In this document: positions 36,792 through 39,073 of the stretch, one piece after another
Layout: every line of letters starts with the position of its first letter
Numbering within the stretch: the first letter of the stretch is position 1
Source: Candidatus Saccharibacteria bacterium RIFCSPHIGHO2_12_FULL_49_19
GTDB taxonomy: Bacteria; Patescibacteriota; Saccharimonadia; Saccharimonadales; UBA10212
NCBI GenBank assembly: GCA_001788565.1
Contig: MGCX01000004.1
Location: 1-39,073 of the forward strand
Reading direction: 5' to 3'
Length of the DNA: 39,073 bases
Program-made: the position numbers and the translations under genes
Notes under the pieces: generated by a model
Database searches by the model: none
Seen by the model: only the letters and a program-made list of their open reading frames with translations
Told to the model about the DNA's origin: nothing

Positions 36792-37502
36792 ATGGCCCAG
36801 ACTAAACAGCACCAGCTAGCCGGCGTGACCGAATTATTTCGTCGAAGCTACGAACTGGTGAGAGAAAATCTTAACCTTTTTATTCTGTTATACGCTGTTC
36901 CGGCTTTATTTGCTGTTTGGAGTTCACTTAGCTGGTTCACTGATGATAAGACCACTTGGACCGACGAAAGACTAAGTCTTAGCAACTGGTTCGGCTCATT
37001 CTCGGGCCTGAATGTTGAAACCCCGGCCGGCTTGGGAGCTGGCCTAGCTTTTCTGCTAGGTATTACGGCGGTGATTTTTGGTTTACTGCAGGTCATCTTG
37101 GCCTTGAGGGTATCGAGCGGTAAGAAAGTAGAGTTAGGTGATATCTGGGAAGAGTTCAAGCAAAAGGGCTTTCGGCTTTTTCTGCTGGAAATCGCCCTAG
37201 GGATCTTAATACTGGTGGGTCTCGTCTTACTGATCATACCTGGTATTATCCTTTTTTGGCGCCTATTTTTGGCCCCTTTTATACTGCTGGATAAAAACAC
37301 CGGGGTCGAGGAAGCCCTGCGCCAGAGCTGGCGCTCTACCAAAGGCTTCGCCTGGCCAATTTACGCAGTACTTCTTTTTGGAATTTTGTTAAGCCTAAGC
37401 GGCATAATCCCGTTCATCGGGGCCATCGTCAGCTTCGTCTTAGGTGTGGCTTATGCTTGCGCCCCAGCCTTACGATATTGGGAACTGAAGAAAATCGGCT
37501 AG
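36792..37502 (+). CDS. Hypothetical polytopic membrane protein
   Basis: 236 aa with about five long hydrophobic segments. It is the only plus-strand gene. Its stop shares the CTAG tetranucleotide with the convergent polymerase stop. Confidence 0.7.
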   Translation: MAQTKQHQLAGVTELFRRSYELVRENLNLFILLYAVPALFAVWSSLSWFTDDKTTWTDERLSLSNWFGSFSGLNVETPAGLGAGLAFLLGITAVIFGLLQVILALRVSSGKKVELGDIWEEFKQKGFRLFLLEIALGILILVGLVLLIIPGIILFWRLFLAPFILLDKNTGVEEALRQSWRSTKGFAWPIYAVLLFGILLSLSGIIPFIGAIVSFVLGVAYACAPALRYWELKKIG

Positions 37503-38764
37503 GATTCTTGTATCAAAAGCTCAAAGTAGCGCGTCGAGCCAAAGGGTATCTTCTGCTTGATTTTACCTTTGGCGTCGGCTGAGCTGGCAAAAGTCACCGT
37601 GTAGTTGCCAAACCGTTGATTAATTTCATCGACCGCTTCGGTTAGCCATACTTCACGATTTATATCTTCCAGGATGCTTACTTGGTTAGTGCGAGAGGCC
37701 TCCAGCAAATAGGCGGTTACGCCCAGCTCGACTATGTAATCCAGCCGGGGGTGCTGATTGAACAGCAGGGTGGCTCGGCGATAGATCTCGCCGTTAGTGA
37801 AAAAAGTGCTCTTAAAGGCTTTGCGGGAGTGCCAGTAGTCGCCGCTTTTATATCTAATGTAAACGCTCAAGCCTCGGGCACACAAGCCCTTGTGGCGCAT
37901 CTTCAGGCCGGTGCTTTCGCAAAGATGTGCCAAGCGGCTGCGGACCTTTTCTTCAGAGGCCCAGTAATCGTCCATCACAAATTGGCGGCCAATGGTCTTG
38001 GTGTCCCACTCCACATCATCCACCTCCCAGCCGCGCAGGCGCTGGTGCCAGTCTTCACCGATAACGCTCTTAAAAACCTGGTTCTTTAGCACCTTGGGGC
38101 TGGCCTCCAAAAATTGTAGTGAGGTATAAATGCCGCAGGCGTTGAGGCGGGCTTCATTGCGCTCGGCAATGCCGGTTAGATCGGTTAGTTCTAAGCTGGC
38201 CAGGGTTTTGCGCAGATTGGCATGGGTAATAATGTCCAGCCCGTCGGGTTTGTGGAGTGAAGCGGCGGTCTTAGCCAAAAAGCGGTTGGGGGCAATGCCG
38301 ATATTGCATCTCATCCAGGAGCCGACATCATCACGCAGGCGTTTTTTTATCTCGTAACCGATAGCGGTCAGCGGGCGGGTGTTGATGTGCGAGCGGGTGC
38401 CAGTAAAATCAATGATGCCCTCGTCAATGCTTTTCATAGTTGTTTTCGGCGAGTAGCTTTTCATAATGCGCACCAGCTGCTGATAAACATAGTGATACTT
38501 AGGCGGGTCGGTCTCGATAGTAATGAGATCCGGTACCAGCTCCTTACCCTCGGACAAGCGCATGCCGACCTTGATGCCCTGCGATTTAGCCTCATAACTG
38601 GCCGCCACGATGCAGGCGTTAACCGTCAGGCGGTTGGTAACCGCCAGCGGCCGGCCGCGCAGCAGCGGCCTAGCTTGTTGTTCTACGGTGGCAAAGCAGC
38701 TGTTGAGGTCAATGTGGAGTATCTGCGGCTGCTCCGGATTCAAATTGTGTCTCACAGTGTCCAT
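37499..38764 (-). CDS. Y-family DNA polymerase (DinB/UmuC-like)
   Basis: 421 aa. Palm motifs HIDLNSCFATVEQ and SIDEGIIDFTG retain the catalytic Asp/Glu. Confidence 0.85.
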   Translation of the reverse strand: MDTVRHNLNPEQPQILHIDLNSCFATVEQQARPLLRGRPLAVTNRLTVNACIVAASYEAKSQGIKVGMRLSEGKELVPDLITIETDPPKYHYVYQQLVRIMKSYSPKTTMKSIDEGIIDFTGTRSHINTRPLTAIGYEIKKRLRDDVGSWMRCNIGIAPNRFLAKTAASLHKPDGLDIITHANLRKTLASLELTDLTGIAERNEARLNACGIYTSLQFLEASPKVLKNQVFKSVIGEDWHQRLRGWEVDDVEWDTKTIGRQFVMDDYWASEEKVRSRLAHLCESTGLKMRHKGLCARGLSVYIRYKSGDYWHSRKAFKSTFFTNGEIYRRATLLFNQHPRLDYIVELGVTAYLLEASRTNQVSILEDINREVWLTEAVDEINQRFGNYTVTFASSADAKGKIKQKIPFGSTRYFELLIQES

Positions 38765-38770
38765 ATCTCT

Positions 38771-38798
38771 TTGCTACAAGGTGCCACCTTGTAGTCAA
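38771..38798 (-). promoter_or_regulatory. Candidate promoter of the Y-family polymerase gene
   Basis: Minus strand reads TTGACT-16 nt-TAGCAA. The -10 ends 6 nt before the ATG. Confidence 0.3.
38774..38794. promoter_or_regulatory. Perfect 10+10 bp palindrome (candidate repressor operator)
   Basis: CTACAAGGTG-C-CACCTTGTAG spans the spacer and touches both the -35 and -10 of the candidate promoter. Confidence 0.5.
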
Positions 38799-38805
38799 TA
38801 ATTGG

Positions 38806-39073
38806 TTAGGCGAGCTGGGCATCGGCGATGGACACTAGACGCCAGTCCAGGTTCTCGGCGTCAAATTCCAGCCGATAGTCAGCGGTGCCGTCGGTCATGT
38901 CAAAAACATGCACTAAGCTCTTACCCTTTTGGACTGGGTGGCGCAGACCGGTTTCGGTAAATTCGACTCGCCGGCCATCGTATTCCATGCGCTTGGGAAA
39001 GCACTTCAGCCTATGGCCGGCATTTTTAAAGTAAAAAGCCACGACACTTACTGCTTTATTGATGGTTACATTA
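38806..39073 (-). CDS. Hypothetical small protein upstream of the Y-family polymerase (probably 5'-truncated by the window edge)
   Basis: The ORF-track start at 39042 is GTG. The frame stays open upstream to the window end (..NVTINKAVSV-VAFYFKNAGH..). Confidence 0.5.
   Translation of the reverse strand, partial: NVTINKAVSVVAFYFKNAGHRLKCFPKRMEYDGRRVEFTETGLRHPVQKGKSLVHVFDMTDGTADYRLEFDAENLDWRLVSIADAQLA

Noticed and set aside
36848-37342. 164-aa minus-strand ORF inside the membrane protein gene.
   Set aside because: It is an antisense shadow. The plus-strand product has clear transmembrane periodicity, whereas this one is Ser/Arg/Lys-rich.
37499-37502. Convergent genes sharing a CTAG tetranucleotide as overlapping stop codons.
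   Set aside because: This is real but trivial, a consequence of compact genome packing.
1-39073. CRISPR arrays, rRNA genes, transposases or integrases, and prophage or defence-island signatures.
   Set aside because: None were found. There are no spaced direct repeats or mobile-element genes, and gene content is core housekeeping throughout.

Overview
The window is almost entirely one minus-strand transcription/translation super-cluster from a small-genome bacterium using the standard code (TGA, TAA and TAG all act as stops). The absence of L30 fits a CPR/Patescibacteria (Saccharibacteria-like) origin, but that is inference only. Gene order, right to left: an edge-truncated small ORF, a Y-family DNA polymerase, a plus-strand membrane protein, hisS, tig, clpP, rpoB, rpoC, rpsL, rpsG, fusA, tuf, rpsJ through rplQ (S10/spc/alpha operons with secY, infA, rpmJ, rpoA), rplM-rpsI, trpS, an RluD-like pseudouridine synthase, holB, a TPR protein and tRNA-Thr. 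L30, adk and map are missing from their usual slots. Three things stand out. (1) Nine orphan ORFs (33-142 aa) fill every oversized gap in these otherwise tightly coupled operons. They include two Cys-rich, possibly paralogous proteins start-coupled to rpsG and rpsJ, positions where gene adjacency is normally conserved. (2) The beta-prime subunit is atypical: both zinc sites are degenerate, NADFDGD reads GADFDGD, and the trigger loop is non-canonical. L36 and S14 are also Cys-less forms. (3) Candidate regulatory DNA is present: a near-perfect CIRCE operator on the clpP promoter, a 10+10 bp palindrome on the polymerase promoter, a triplicated 8-mer at an internal rplC promoter, and apparent leaderless starts. 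No CRISPR array, rRNA or mobile element was seen.
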